A DNA stretch of 64,000 nt from a virus (lineage: Duplodnaviria; Caudoviricetes), in the IMG/VR virus record IMGVR_UViG_3300042301_001596, positions 1,441-65,440 of that record, one strand, 5' to 3'. Position 1 is the stretch's first letter. Each line of letters opens with the position of its first letter. The notes beneath the pieces were generated by a model, which had not been told where the DNA came from, made no database searches, and worked only from the letters and a program-made list of their open reading frames with translations. The translations under genes and the position numbers were made by a program. This document shows, piece by piece, positions 1 through 8,984 of the stretch.

Positions 1-189
1 ATGAAAAAAGCAGTAACACCCATCCAAACAATCAACAAGATTAAAAGCCAAATCAAGGCACTAAACAACCGCTTAAAAGAAGGGAAAGTAAAAAACCCAT
101 ACCCAGTACTTAATAAGATTGAAGGCTTGAAAGAGAGCCTAAAAATTGAAATGGAAAACTACTATTGGGAAAATTATTTGTCAATATAA
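1..189 (+). CDS. hypothetical early protein
   Basis: 62-aa ORF, co-oriented with the tightly packed early gene array. Confidence 0.55.
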   Translation: MKKAVTPIQTINKIKSQIKALNNRLKEGKVKNPYPVLNKIEGLKESLKIEMENYYWENYLSI

Positions 190-199
190 ATTTAATAAA

Positions 200-403
200 A
201 TGAACAAAGATTTATTTGAAACACCAAACAAGTTACCCAAAAAGGTACAAGCCATTTTAAGACACTATAATAGCCTTGAAATTGAAAATGGTATACAATA
301 TACCGACCTTATTAAAATGGGCAAAGAAATGGCTATTTATGGCTATGAATTTGAATTTTACCTTGACTGCATACCCTTTAATCTTAAAAAAGTAAAAAAT
401 TAA
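200..403 (+). CDS. hypothetical protein (start likely MNKDLF at 200)
   Basis: ORF 146..403; A-rich leader precedes the ATG at 200. Confidence 0.55.
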   Translation: MNKDLFETPNKLPKKVQAILRHYNSLEIENGIQYTDLIKMGKEMAIYGYEFEFYLDCIPFNLKKVKN

Positions 404-413
404 ATTAAATTTT

Positions 414-935
414 ATGAAAATTGAATTAAAAAACATCAAGTACTCCGAATGGGGTAGCGAGGAAACAAATTGTTTTCAGGCAAATATATACCTCAATGGA
501 AAATTAGTAGGCTATTGCGAAAATGATGGGAAGGGTGGATGTACAAATTACAACCGCATCCCTAATGTAGAATATAAAGTAATACAAGAGATGGAAGAAT
601 ATTGTAAGACACTACCCCCAGTAATTTATGATAGCCATTTACGTCAAGGAGAAAAATTTACTATTAATATGAATTTAGAGCATTACTTGGATAATCTATT
701 TGAGGAGCATTTAAAAGCCAAAGAGAAGGCTAAATTGACCAAAAAAATGGAAAAAGGTATATTGATAGGGAATGATTATAGCTACCGAATTATAGGCTTT
801 AAAGTGCCATTAAGCAAGGTATGGACTGAAGATCCTAATTTTTTCATCAAAACACTCAAGGATAGCTTGGATAAGTACGCTAAAAATGGATATAAATTAC
901 TTAATACGAATATACCACAACAATTTTTAAATTAA
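414..935 (+). CDS. hypothetical phage protein
   Basis: 173-aa ORF in the array; no family assigned. Confidence 0.7.
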   Translation: MKIELKNIKYSEWGSEETNCFQANIYLNGKLVGYCENDGKGGCTNYNRIPNVEYKVIQEMEEYCKTLPPVIYDSHLRQGEKFTINMNLEHYLDNLFEEHLKAKEKAKLTKKMEKGILIGNDYSYRIIGFKVPLSKVWTEDPNFFIKTLKDSLDKYAKNGYKLLNTNIPQQFLN

Positions 936-947
936 AAAACTACAAAA

Positions 948-1505
948 ATGAAAAATTTAACTGAAAAACAACAATTAATCATTGAAGAAATTACCAGTGA
1001 ATTTAACAAGATTAATGAAGAAAAAAAGAAATTGAAAAAAGGCACATTGCTTAAATTAAATGAAATAGTAGAGCAAAAAGAAAATGACCTTGAATTAAGA
1101 AAAACTATTGAATTACATAATGAGGCTTTTTTTAAAAATTTCTTGTGTATAGTAGATGATGCTATTAATAAACTTAATAGTGAATTACTTGATTATGGAT
1201 TGATAGCATTTAAAAACTCAAATCATAAATTTAATGCCAAACATAATTTAAGTGGAATTAGTATTTATATTGACAAAATAGATTACGCAAATCAAAATAA
1301 AACAAGTAAATACGGGATTACTATTAGAGCAATAAATGAAACATTTTACAAAACTTTTGAAAGTAAAATAGAAGGAATTGAAAAATATGTAAATTTTCAA
1401 GGTTTTAAATCTGCTGATTCATATGGGGGTGCATACAAAAATATTGAAGAATTTGCAGAAAAAAGTTCTTTAAGAGCTAATCTTAATTATTTACTTCTTC
1501 ATTAA
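948..1505 (+). CDS. hypothetical protein
   Basis: 185-aa ORF with A-rich leader. Confidence 0.65.
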   Translation: MKNLTEKQQLIIEEITSEFNKINEEKKKLKKGTLLKLNEIVEQKENDLELRKTIELHNEAFFKNFLCIVDDAINKLNSELLDYGLIAFKNSNHKFNAKHNLSGISIYIDKIDYANQNKTSKYGITIRAINETFYKTFESKIEGIEKYVNFQGFKSADSYGGAYKNIEEFAEKSSLRANLNYLLLH

Positions 1506-1532
1506 TAATTTTTAAATTAAATAAATAGTAAA

Positions 1533-1826
1533 ATGGAAAATTTAACCAAAAAAGAACCAGTAAAACAAATATTAATCTTAAAAGAAACTATTAGATTAGT
1601 TAGATTAAAAACAACCTATTGGGATGAAGAAGATTTTTTAATATTAACCGATTTAACGGATGATGAAATAAAAGACATTGTTACCCCTATTGTAGAAAAA
1701 GAAAGGAAGGAAGGTGAAGAATATTTTTATGATAACGAAGGATTAGTATGGGCATTAAAAGATTATTACCCTAACAATTTAGTTGATTTTTACACTATGG
1801 AAAACATTGATATAATAACAATTTAA
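1533..1826 (+). CDS. hypothetical acidic protein
   Basis: 97-aa ORF in the array. Confidence 0.6.
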   Translation: MENLTKKEPVKQILILKETIRLVRLKTTYWDEEDFLILTDLTDDEIKDIVTPIVEKERKEGEEYFYDNEGLVWALKDYYPNNLVDFYTMENIDIITI

Positions 1827-1838
1827 ACCCCAGTAATT

Positions 1839-2054
1839 ATGAAAGTATTAAAAACCTATGATGATTTTTTATGGCTTGATGTTACCGATATAGCCAAAAG
1901 TTTATGGCAATCTCAAGATTTTGAGTTGTATGCCGTATACGAGGATCATACCGAACACCTCATAAATACTGAAATGGAATTTGAAGCTGCATTGATGGAG
2001 AAATGCATTATTGCCATTGAATTATGTCATTTAAACCAAATTACAAATATTTAA
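1839..2054 (+). CDS. hypothetical protein
   Basis: 71-aa ORF in the array. Confidence 0.6.
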   Translation: MKVLKTYDDFLWLDVTDIAKSLWQSQDFELYAVYEDHTEHLINTEMEFEAALMEKCIIAIELCHLNQITNI

Positions 2055-2065
2055 AACTAAAAATT

Positions 2066-2710
2066 ATGCCAAATTGGTGCTACAATTCACTTTGCGTAAG
2101 TGGAGAAAAAGAAATACTTGCAGATTTTGTAAGTAAAACAATTATACCAGTAGATAGTGAAAACAATTTTTATGAAGATGAAAGAGGTAGATTTACCTTT
2201 AATATCTTACATCCTTTGCCTAAAGCATTGGAAGGAAACACATCCCCATTGAGAAAATTAGAGGGAGAAGATGATACCCAGTATAAAGAACGTATGGCTG
2301 AAAATGTACGATTATATGGTGCAGTAGATTGGTATGATTGGCATATAGATAATTGGGGAACAAAATGGGATGCAAGTAGTACCCTTATTGAAGAATTAAG
2401 TGAGGAGATTTTTAATGTTAGTTTCAATACCGCTTGGGGACCACCACTACATTGGTTTGAAAAAATTATCCCAATGTACCCTGAATTAGAATTTGAACTT
2501 GTATTTGATGAAGAATCACACGCTTTTTGTGGTAGAATGACTGGGATTGATGGAGAAATAGAACTACAAGAAGGTGAGCCTTATTTTACTGATGAAGAAG
2601 ATAAGAAGGTTATTTATGACATCAATAAAGGCTTATGGAAGTACGAAGATACTGGGATCTTAATTGAAGATGAAGATTTTTACCCCATTGATGTAAATCC
2701 TTTTGCATAA
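2066..2710 (+). CDS. YubB ferredoxin-like / DUF1281-like protein
   Basis: MPNWCxN start, WYDWxxxNWGTKWDA and FxTAWxPP motifs typical of this family; start moved to ATG 2066. Confidence 0.75.
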   Translation: MPNWCYNSLCVSGEKEILADFVSKTIIPVDSENNFYEDERGRFTFNILHPLPKALEGNTSPLRKLEGEDDTQYKERMAENVRLYGAVDWYDWHIDNWGTKWDASSTLIEELSEEIFNVSFNTAWGPPLHWFEKIIPMYPELEFELVFDEESHAFCGRMTGIDGEIELQEGEPYFTDEEDKKVIYDINKGLWKYEDTGILIEDEDFYPIDVNPFA

Positions 2711-2767
2711 ATATTTTTTTAATTAAATTAATTATTCTACCTTTAATTTTCAAAAACATAAAAGAAA

Positions 2768-3352
2768 ATGAAAACAACAACCACAAACCTATTCGCAACG
2801 GCAACTAAAGTTAAAGAAACAACCAAAAAAACCGATAAAAAGGTTATTTCTGCCCCATTATTGGGGAGTAAAGTCCAAAGGTACTCCGAACTCAAGCAAC
2901 TTATTGACTCCGCCACTGGGGAACTTAAAATGATTGAGGGAGATATTAAAAACGTAGGCAAGGACTTATTTATGAAAGAATACCGCCAACAAAAAAGCAC
3001 ACCCGATAATTTTAAAATTCAAGATGATACTGGCAATTCATGTATGTTTATATGCATGGACAAATACACTATTGTAGATGAAAACAAAGCAAATATCTTA
3101 TCCCAGTATGATGGATTATTAGCTGAGAATGTAGTGTATAAATTTAATGCAGACCTTGTTGAGAAATATGGTGCAGTATTAAGTGAACTTATCCTTAATT
3201 GCCCCGATATAGATGATTTAGACAAGGGAAATCTTATTAGTGGAGAAAAGACCTTTTCGGTAGCAAAAGGCAGCATTGATAGGCTTATGCAATATGATAG
3301 TCCAGAGGCAATATTTGAACTAATCAACCCCATTGTAGCACTTAAAAAATAA
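2768..3352 (+). CDS. hypothetical protein with N-terminal coiled coil
   Basis: 194-aa ORF downstream of an AT operator-like motif at 2719. Confidence 0.7.
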   Translation: MKTTTTNLFATATKVKETTKKTDKKVISAPLLGSKVQRYSELKQLIDSATGELKMIEGDIKNVGKDLFMKEYRQQKSTPDNFKIQDDTGNSCMFICMDKYTIVDENKANILSQYDGLLAENVVYKFNADLVEKYGAVLSELILNCPDIDDLDKGNLISGEKTFSVAKGSIDRLMQYDSPEAIFELINPIVALKK

Positions 3353-3356
3353 TAAA

Positions 3357-3596
3357 ATGAACAAGAAAACAAGCCAACACCAAATGTTAAGGGACACAAT
3401 GTATGTGATGTTTAAAGACAATCATTTGCCATATTTAGATATGGAAGATTTTTTAGTGATGTGGCAATCATTAGCCGACCAGTGGAACATAAGAATAGAT
3501 GATGAGCAATGGGAAGAATTTGCTGAAGAAGTTAATAGTGAAGCATCCAACAAACAAAGTGTATTTAATTCAATATTTGATAAATATTTTTTATGA
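3357..3596 (+). CDS. hypothetical protein
   Basis: 79-aa ORF; stop overlaps the next start (ATGA). Confidence 0.6.
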   Translation: MNKKTSQHQMLRDTMYVMFKDNHLPYLDMEDFLVMWQSLADQWNIRIDDEQWEEFAEEVNSEASNKQSVFNSIFDKYFL

Positions 3597-4252
3597 TCCC
3601 TTATTTAAACTTTAATTACATATACCCACCCCGACCTGAATATAAGATACCGCCCAAAGATTTAGATACATTTGACAATGGAGAATATGTAGTGCAACCA
3701 AAGTACAATGGTACTTGTTGCATAGTTTTCACAAATGGAACTAATGTTTATGTATATAACCGACACAAGCAACCTATTTCTCGGTATAGTCCTGATATAG
3801 ATTTTAAGGGATTAGCACAATCCGAGCAATGGTATGTATATACTGGGGAATATCTTAACAAAGGTAAATTAGGGGAGAATGGTATCAAGGAAAAAGACAA
3901 ATTTGTTATATGGGATGTTTTAGTTTGGGCAGACCAGTATTTAGTCGGTGATGATCTTTTGGCAAGAGTAAAGCTACTTGAGGAAACGTACCCTTGTGAT
4001 AGAGGCAGAATAACCGAAAATGGGTTAGAAATATACGAGCATTTATGCCTAACTAAACTAAACAACATATACAAAGCACCTACATATATGACTGGCTTTG
4101 CTGAATTGTATAAAGACATAGTTAAGACAGATATGTATGAAGGATTGGTTATTAAAAAGATTGATAGCAAATTGACTTTTGGCTTTCAGGAATTAAATAA
4201 CCACGATTGGCAAGTAAAATGTAGAAAGGAAACAAAAATTTATGAATTTTAA
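3593..4252 (+). CDS. ATP-dependent ligase-like nucleotidyltransferase (adenylation domain only)
   Basis: motif I QPKYNG, III YTGEY, IIIa FVIWDV, IV EGLVIK, V WQVKCRK; ends without an OB domain. Confidence 0.8.
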   Translation: MIPYLNFNYIYPPRPEYKIPPKDLDTFDNGEYVVQPKYNGTCCIVFTNGTNVYVYNRHKQPISRYSPDIDFKGLAQSEQWYVYTGEYLNKGKLGENGIKEKDKFVIWDVLVWADQYLVGDDLLARVKLLEETYPCDRGRITENGLEIYEHLCLTKLNNIYKAPTYMTGFAELYKDIVKTDMYEGLVIKKIDSKLTFGFQELNNHDWQVKCRKETKIYEF

Positions 4253-4264
4253 AAACAATGAATT

Positions 4265-4426
4265 ATGCTAATAACAACATGCTGCAATTACGAAAGTGAA
4301 ATTTACTATGAATTATGCCCCGAATGTAAAGAACATTGCGATTGGGAAGTTATTGACAATGAAGAATGGGAATTAAGAAACGAATACGAAAACCAAATAG
4401 AACAACAACAAATTAATAAACAATAA
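4265..4426 (+). CDS. small Cys-rich (Zn-ribbon-like) protein, not in ORF track
   Basis: manual translation MLITTCC...CPECKEHC..., 53 aa. Confidence 0.55.
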   Translation: MLITTCCNYESEIYYELCPECKEHCDWEVIDNEEWELRNEYENQIEQQQINKQ

Positions 4427-4438
4427 AACCAATTAACA

Positions 4439-4639
4439 ATGACAAAGTATGAATTAGTAAAGAAAACCGAAGTAAACGGAGATGTATGGTATTTTATTCG
4501 CAAAGAGGACGGCTATTCGCTAGAAAATAGCTGGACTATGCACCTAGAAAAAGCAGAACGAATGTTTCAAGAAATTGAAATCCGCAAGAATTTAGAGCCT
4601 ATTTTTGAAACCCTTAAAGCCATTGAAGTAGATGATTAA
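4439..4639 (+). CDS. hypothetical protein
   Basis: 66-aa ORF in the array. Confidence 0.6.
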   Translation: MTKYELVKKTEVNGDVWYFIRKEDGYSLENSWTMHLEKAERMFQEIEIRKNLEPIFETLKAIEVDD

Positions 4640-4773
4640 GATGATAATGAATTATTTTTCACAAGAACAAAAAGAAAAGAGAAAAAAACTCCGCCAATTA
4701 GGTATTAAAATTGCAGAAACCAACGACTATAAGGAATTAGTTAGATTAGTAAATGAATATAATAGATTAAAAG

Positions 4774-4977
4774 ATGAAAACTAAGCAAATTAGTGTATTG
4801 GAATATGCCAGTAAAGTAAACCCTGAATTTTTCAGGAAGAATAGGAAGTACCCCGACACACCATTAACAAGACACGCTATTATGTACCGAATTAAAAACA
4901 ATATGCCATTACCCGAAGTATTAAAATACAATAGGGTAGGCAAGGTACATGTATTGACCGTAGATGCAAATTTTTAG
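4774..4977 (+). CDS. small putative DNA-binding protein
   Basis: 67-aa basic ORF; ISVLEYA...TRHAIMYRIK resembles excisionase-type wHTH proteins. Confidence 0.45.
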   Translation: MKTKQISVLEYASKVNPEFFRKNRKYPDTPLTRHAIMYRIKNNMPLPEVLKYNRVGKVHVLTVDANF

Positions 4978-5000
4978 TAACAAATAAACCAACAAATTAA

Positions 5001-5198
5001 ATGAAAACAAACTTAGAATGGGTAATCAATTGTATTAACTCATGCACCAACTTAGAGCAATTAAAAACTTGTGAAGTAATTATCGGCCTTTATAAATTTA
5101 GATTAGCTAAAGACGGAATGACTGAGGCAGATATATATGGGGAAGAAAGCCAGTTATTGACCGCTTACTTGGATAAGGAGGCCATGTTATTAATCTAA
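5001..5198 (+). CDS. hypothetical protein
   Basis: 65-aa ORF. Confidence 0.6.
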   Translation: MKTNLEWVINCINSCTNLEQLKTCEVIIGLYKFRLAKDGMTEADIYGEESQLLTAYLDKEAMLLI

Positions 5199-5392
5199 TG
5201 GGTAATAGATACCAAATATCCGAGTCCGCCATGATCCAAATGGAGAATGACTACCTGAAGGAGAGGATAGAATTGTTAAAAAATGAAGTTAGATACTTAA
5301 AGGAAAAGTTATTGTCTTATGAGGAAACCAGCACCGGAGAAGGATATAATGCAAAGCAAACGTCAGGAACTCAAATCGTCAGGGATAATTGA
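5198..5392 (+). CDS. hypothetical coiled-coil protein
   Basis: 64-aa ORF coupled to the previous stop (TAATG). Confidence 0.5.
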   Translation: MGNRYQISESAMIQMENDYLKERIELLKNEVRYLKEKLLSYEETSTGEGYNAKQTSGTQIVRDN

Positions 5393-5540
5393 GGTATGGG
5401 TAAATGATGAATTGTATGCAACGAAACAATTTAAGGGTAAAAGCCACCGCAGTAAAATTATTCAGGAATGGCTGCAAAGGTTAGGCAAACCCTATGAACC
5501 AAGAAAAATTTATTTAGTAGTAAAACCAATGCCTTTATGA
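5319..5540 (+). CDS. hypothetical protein
   Basis: 73-aa ORF; stop overlaps the next start. Confidence 0.5.
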   Translation: MRKPAPEKDIMQSKRQELKSSGIIEVWVNDELYATKQFKGKSHRSKIIQEWLQRLGKPYEPRKIYLVVKPMPL

Positions 5541-5773
5541 CAAACATGACACCAATTAGACAAGTAATGGAAGCACGAAGTTTCCGTAATCAAAATGATT
5601 TTGACTCATGGTTATTAGATAACTTTGATAGGTTATATAATGAGGAGAAATCTATGATAGCCGAGGCCATGGAATATGCTTTTGATGAGGACGGGCATAG
5701 CAAGACATGGCGCAAAGCAGTCATTGAAAAATATTATTTAGAAAAATACTATGAGAAAAACACAACCAAGTAA
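5537..5773 (+). CDS. hypothetical protein
   Basis: 78-aa ORF. Confidence 0.55.
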   Translation: MTNMTPIRQVMEARSFRNQNDFDSWLLDNFDRLYNEEKSMIAEAMEYAFDEDGHSKTWRKAVIEKYYLEKYYEKNTTK

Positions 5774-6023
5774 TTACGCAGATACCTTTCTCAGTAAGTT
5801 AAAGGAACAATCTTTTACCATTATGTTATTGGTAGGTATAATGTATTACCAAAATACCCTATTTACCGGTCAAATGAATGAGTATAAAACTATGATTAAA
5901 GCCAAAGAAGATTTGATCCTGAAACTTACAGAGGAAGAAAGGCAGCGCCTAATAGATAGGGAAAAATATCTCATCAGCCAACGTGATGAATTTATTAAAG
6001 AACTAAAAGAAAAAATTAAATGA
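5751..6023 (+). CDS. membrane-anchored coiled-coil protein
   Basis: hydrophobic SFTIMLLVGIMYY followed by a heptad-rich tail. Confidence 0.55.
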   Translation: MRKTQPSNYADTFLSKLKEQSFTIMLLVGIMYYQNTLFTGQMNEYKTMIKAKEDLILKLTEEERQRLIDREKYLISQRDEFIKELKEKIK

Positions 6024-6232
6024 CCGACCTACAAAAGCAATACATAGACAACAACCATAAAAATGAGCCAATATCCATGATGATACCCAATATCAACCTA
6101 ACTTATTTGCAGATATTGACATACTATAAATCAATGGGATATGAGCCATTAAAGAAAAGAGGTAGAAGGCATGAGCATAAAACACCTGCTGGTTACTTTG
6201 ACGTAGATAACTACAAACCAGAAACAATATGA
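6020..6232 (+). CDS. hypothetical protein
   Basis: 70-aa ORF, ATGA-coupled on both sides. Confidence 0.55.
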   Translation: MTDLQKQYIDNNHKNEPISMMIPNINLTYLQILTYYKSMGYEPLKKRGRRHEHKTPAGYFDVDNYKPETI

Positions 6233-6852
6233 AATTGAACTCAAGCATACCCAGCTTTAAAGGATTAGTAAAGAAGTCCTACTTTACAAAAGACCCCAAA
6301 GATACCAATGAATACTACAATGTTTATGTATTTGGGATTCAATCAGTAGGCGGCAAGATAGTTACGTTCCATGTATTAACCGATTCAGGTATGTTAAGAA
6401 GTAGAGTTCCAATATCAGAAATATATACCAAAGTTCCGACAAACGATATACCATTCTATTACAAGCAATTATGGGATTGTTTTAGTGAGAATGTAGCAGT
6501 TGTTGAGTACGAGTTTTTAGCCTTCCATAAGGCACAAGTAGTGTTAAGAGATGGCAGTAAGGTATGGGCTACATATATCTTAACTATTGACTGGTATAAC
6601 AATCCATATAGCAAAGAACCTTCCGACTACAAGTGCGGTCATTTGCTTGAATCTGATGATGGATATTTGTTGTGTATGCCTAACAATAGGATCTTTTGGA
6701 AGGACTCTAATTTTGTAACCAAGCCCCTACCAGATGATTTAAAGCAGTTTAAGGTAGACACTGAACTTCCTTCCGTAGAAAACCAATCGGATAGGTGGGT
6801 TGCAGAAGATACCAATTCATTTTATTACGATATAATAGAAACAAACAAATAA
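6229..6852 (+). CDS. conserved phage protein of unknown function
   Basis: 207-aa ORF with QLWDCFS, TIDW, KCGH and PNNRI motifs, recalled from aquatic phage proteins. Confidence 0.7.
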   Translation: MKLNSSIPSFKGLVKKSYFTKDPKDTNEYYNVYVFGIQSVGGKIVTFHVLTDSGMLRSRVPISEIYTKVPTNDIPFYYKQLWDCFSENVAVVEYEFLAFHKAQVVLRDGSKVWATYILTIDWYNNPYSKEPSDYKCGHLLESDDGYLLCMPNNRIFWKDSNFVTKPLPDDLKQFKVDTELPSVENQSDRWVAEDTNSFYYDIIETNK

Positions 6853-6959
6853 AGGTAGTAATACTACTATAATGTGCGATAAAATGCACATAAATTTGGA
6901 ATTTTATCCTATATAAAACAAGTTATTGTAACAAATCAAATAACCTAAAAACAAAAAAC

Positions 6960-7121
6960 ATGAAAAAATTAACTGGTATTTTTCAAATTTTATTTTTCTT
7001 TTTAGTTGGCATACCAGCTTTCATTTTACTTTACGGAACAATTATAATTTCCTTTGCAATAAAGGAGTTAATCACTATCATCATCTTCTGGAGGCGCAAG
7101 GTCAATTTGGATAACAGATAG
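6960..7121 (+). CDS. small membrane protein, not in ORF track
   Basis: manual translation MKKLTGIFQILFFFLVGIPAFILLYG..., 53 aa; TAAATTTG element at 6891. Confidence 0.45.
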   Translation: MKKLTGIFQILFFFLVGIPAFILLYGTIIISFAIKELITIIIFWRRKVNLDNR

Positions 7122-7256
7122 TATCTTCAGGTCTTTATATTTTTGTAGCACATCAGACATTGAAACGGCATAAACCAATTTAGTCATTTTGGTCCCTTCC
7201 TTTTCAAAGAATATGCGGTACGTTTTCATCAGTTTTGCCATTTGCCTTTTGGACAA
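7068..7256 (-). CDS. hypothetical protein
   Basis: 62-aa ORF, last gene of the - strand block. Confidence 0.45.
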   Translation of the reverse strand: MSKRQMAKLMKTYRIFFEKEGTKMTKLVYAVSMSDVLQKYKDLKILSVIQIDLAPPEDDDSD

Positions 7257-7453
7257 CCCTCTGCCCCTTTTGGTGAGAAAACTTTTTTACTTGTTGTGCA
7301 GCCACATACTTCACAATAGTCCCGTAATGTACCCTGAACCCAGTGTTCACAATCAAAACAAGTTAAGAGCCTTTCTTGAGCAAGCTGACTTTCTTCCTCT
7401 GTTGGATTCATAGAAGCTGCATAGGACAGGAATATTTCTTTTAACTTGTTCAT
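7229..7453 (-). CDS. small Cys-rich Zn-binding protein
   Basis: RxxxCxxC...CxxCGC...CPxxKW pattern. Confidence 0.7.
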   Translation of the reverse strand: MNKLKEIFLSYAASMNPTEEESQLAQERLLTCFDCEHWVQGTLRDYCEVCGCTTSKKVFSPKGAEGCPKGKWQN

Positions 7454-8310
7454 ACGAATAAATTGGTATAATCGGAGTGTTCACCCCAGTAATTATGAGT
7501 TAAAGATAAATTATCTTTGCGATATATTGAATTATGGCTGGTAAAATGTATGCCATGGTTGATATGGATAGCTTGATTTTCGCAGTTCCATCGGCTTCTA
7601 TTCATTGTTTGAGTTTCAATCATACCGCTATTAGTACGCAAAGCATTGGGTAAAATGGCTAAGCAATGCTCAATGGCATCGTCAAATCTCATGGTCATTT
7701 GGTGAAACGGCTCATCATTTTGGCCTCTCTCTTGCCACCCATCAATGCAAAGACCTCCGTAATTCATATTGGTAAGTACGCTGCCTCTATCAAAATCAGG
7801 GAAATCAAAGTAACCCTTTGGGTACATTACATCATGCTCTAGGAAAGAAACGTAATCATATTCGCCAGTTTCTTTTGCAGAATAAAGGCATTGCATAATT
7901 TGGAGCAACTGATTAAGATGCGACTGGGACTGATACCAGCTTCTAACTTGGTAGAATGGGTTTTCCGGCATAGGCTCCCACATACAAGTTACAATGTCTG
8001 CTACTCCATTACTGGCTTGCTTAATTGTATCTAATGACTTGTATATTGATGGCCATATATTTTTGTTGTTGTTGTTGGAATAGAATATACCCAATTTTTT
8101 ACTTTTGGACTTAGGGTATACAAACACACTACCTTCTCTAATGCTGAAGATATTGCCGTCTATATCCAATTCCAGATATTTAACATGACCAACTGCTGGA
8201 TCCCCTATAATATCATTATTAGCTCTTACCACGAGCTTATCCGATACTATTTTATCCTTAATCAATTGGGTACAATCTTGACCTCCGTATGTTGCTTTAT
8301 TTATAATCAT
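7450..8310 (-). CDS. lectin-like (SUEL/DUF3395-type) domain fused to a GT-A glycosyltransferase
   Basis: N-term IxKATYG...IIGDPAVGHVKYL; C-term FLEHDVMY DxD-like motif. Confidence 0.6.
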   Translation of the reverse strand: MIINKATYGGQDCTQLIKDKIVSDKLVVRANNDIIGDPAVGHVKYLELDIDGNIFSIREGSVFVYPKSKSKKLGIFYSNNNNKNIWPSIYKSLDTIKQASNGVADIVTCMWEPMPENPFYQVRSWYQSQSHLNQLLQIMQCLYSAKETGEYDYVSFLEHDVMYPKGYFDFPDFDRGSVLTNMNYGGLCIDGWQERGQNDEPFHQMTMRFDDAIEHCLAILPNALRTNSGMIETQTMNRSRWNCENQAIHINHGIHFTSHNSIYRKDNLSLTHNYWGEHSDYTNLFV

Positions 8311-8984
8311 ATATCTATATTATATTTCCTCTTGTATACTAAAGACCAAAAATTAGTACAACCTGTATGATAATACTTTTCTTCATCATCTAATTCTAAT
8401 GAATTTTCACCTAAATACCAAGGAAGATGTTTAGCAGTATAAGGTTGAGGAAGCCTACTCCCATAATAAAATTTATCTCCACAATCCCACCCTTCTGTTT
8501 GCCTTTTCCTATCATACATTGCAAATGTAGTATCAACACCAGCTATATAATTACCTAAATAATCTTTATCATTCCAGTATTTTGATTCACATCCAATTAC
8601 GGCTTTAGCATATTCGGTATCTGGCAAATCATATATATCTAAAGATAAACCACATTTGGTGATATTTTTATTATCCAATCCATTTATTAATTTATCAACG
8701 TAATCCGATGGGACTGAAGAAATATCTAAATCATGATCCGTTACAATATAATACTCATCATTGTATTCATTAAACAATTTAGAATCCCAAAAAATCCTTT
8801 CCCCGTATCTATCTTTGAAAGTATGCACCTTAAAAGGACAATTTTTATACCATTCTAACAATGGCGGATAAGTAGATGAATTGTCCAAAAGAATCGGTTC
8901 GCATCCAGTATCAGCTAAATTTTCAGCTAATTTTTTAGGTATTGTCAACCTATTATACATTATTATGAAAGCTTTTATTTTCAT
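8307..8984 (-). CDS. GT2-like glycosyltransferase
   Basis: FIIMYNR, ILLDNSS, YYIVTDHDL (DxD) and VDTTFA motifs. Confidence 0.75.
   Translation of the reverse strand: MKIKAFIIMYNRLTIPKKLAENLADTGCEPILLDNSSTYPPLLEWYKNCPFKVHTFKDRYGERIFWDSKLFNEYNDEYYIVTDHDLDISSVPSDYVDKLINGLDNKNITKCGLSLDIYDLPDTEYAKAVIGCESKYWNDKDYLGNYIAGVDTTFAMYDRKRQTEGWDCGDKFYYGSRLPQPYTAKHLPWYLGENSLELDDEEKYYHTGCTNFWSLVYKRKYNIDI

Noticed and set aside
257-4503. Minus-strand ORFs in the early region (e.g. 2170..2427, 3019..3399, 3748..4170)
   Set aside because: They largely overlap better-supported + strand genes and have no recognisable motifs
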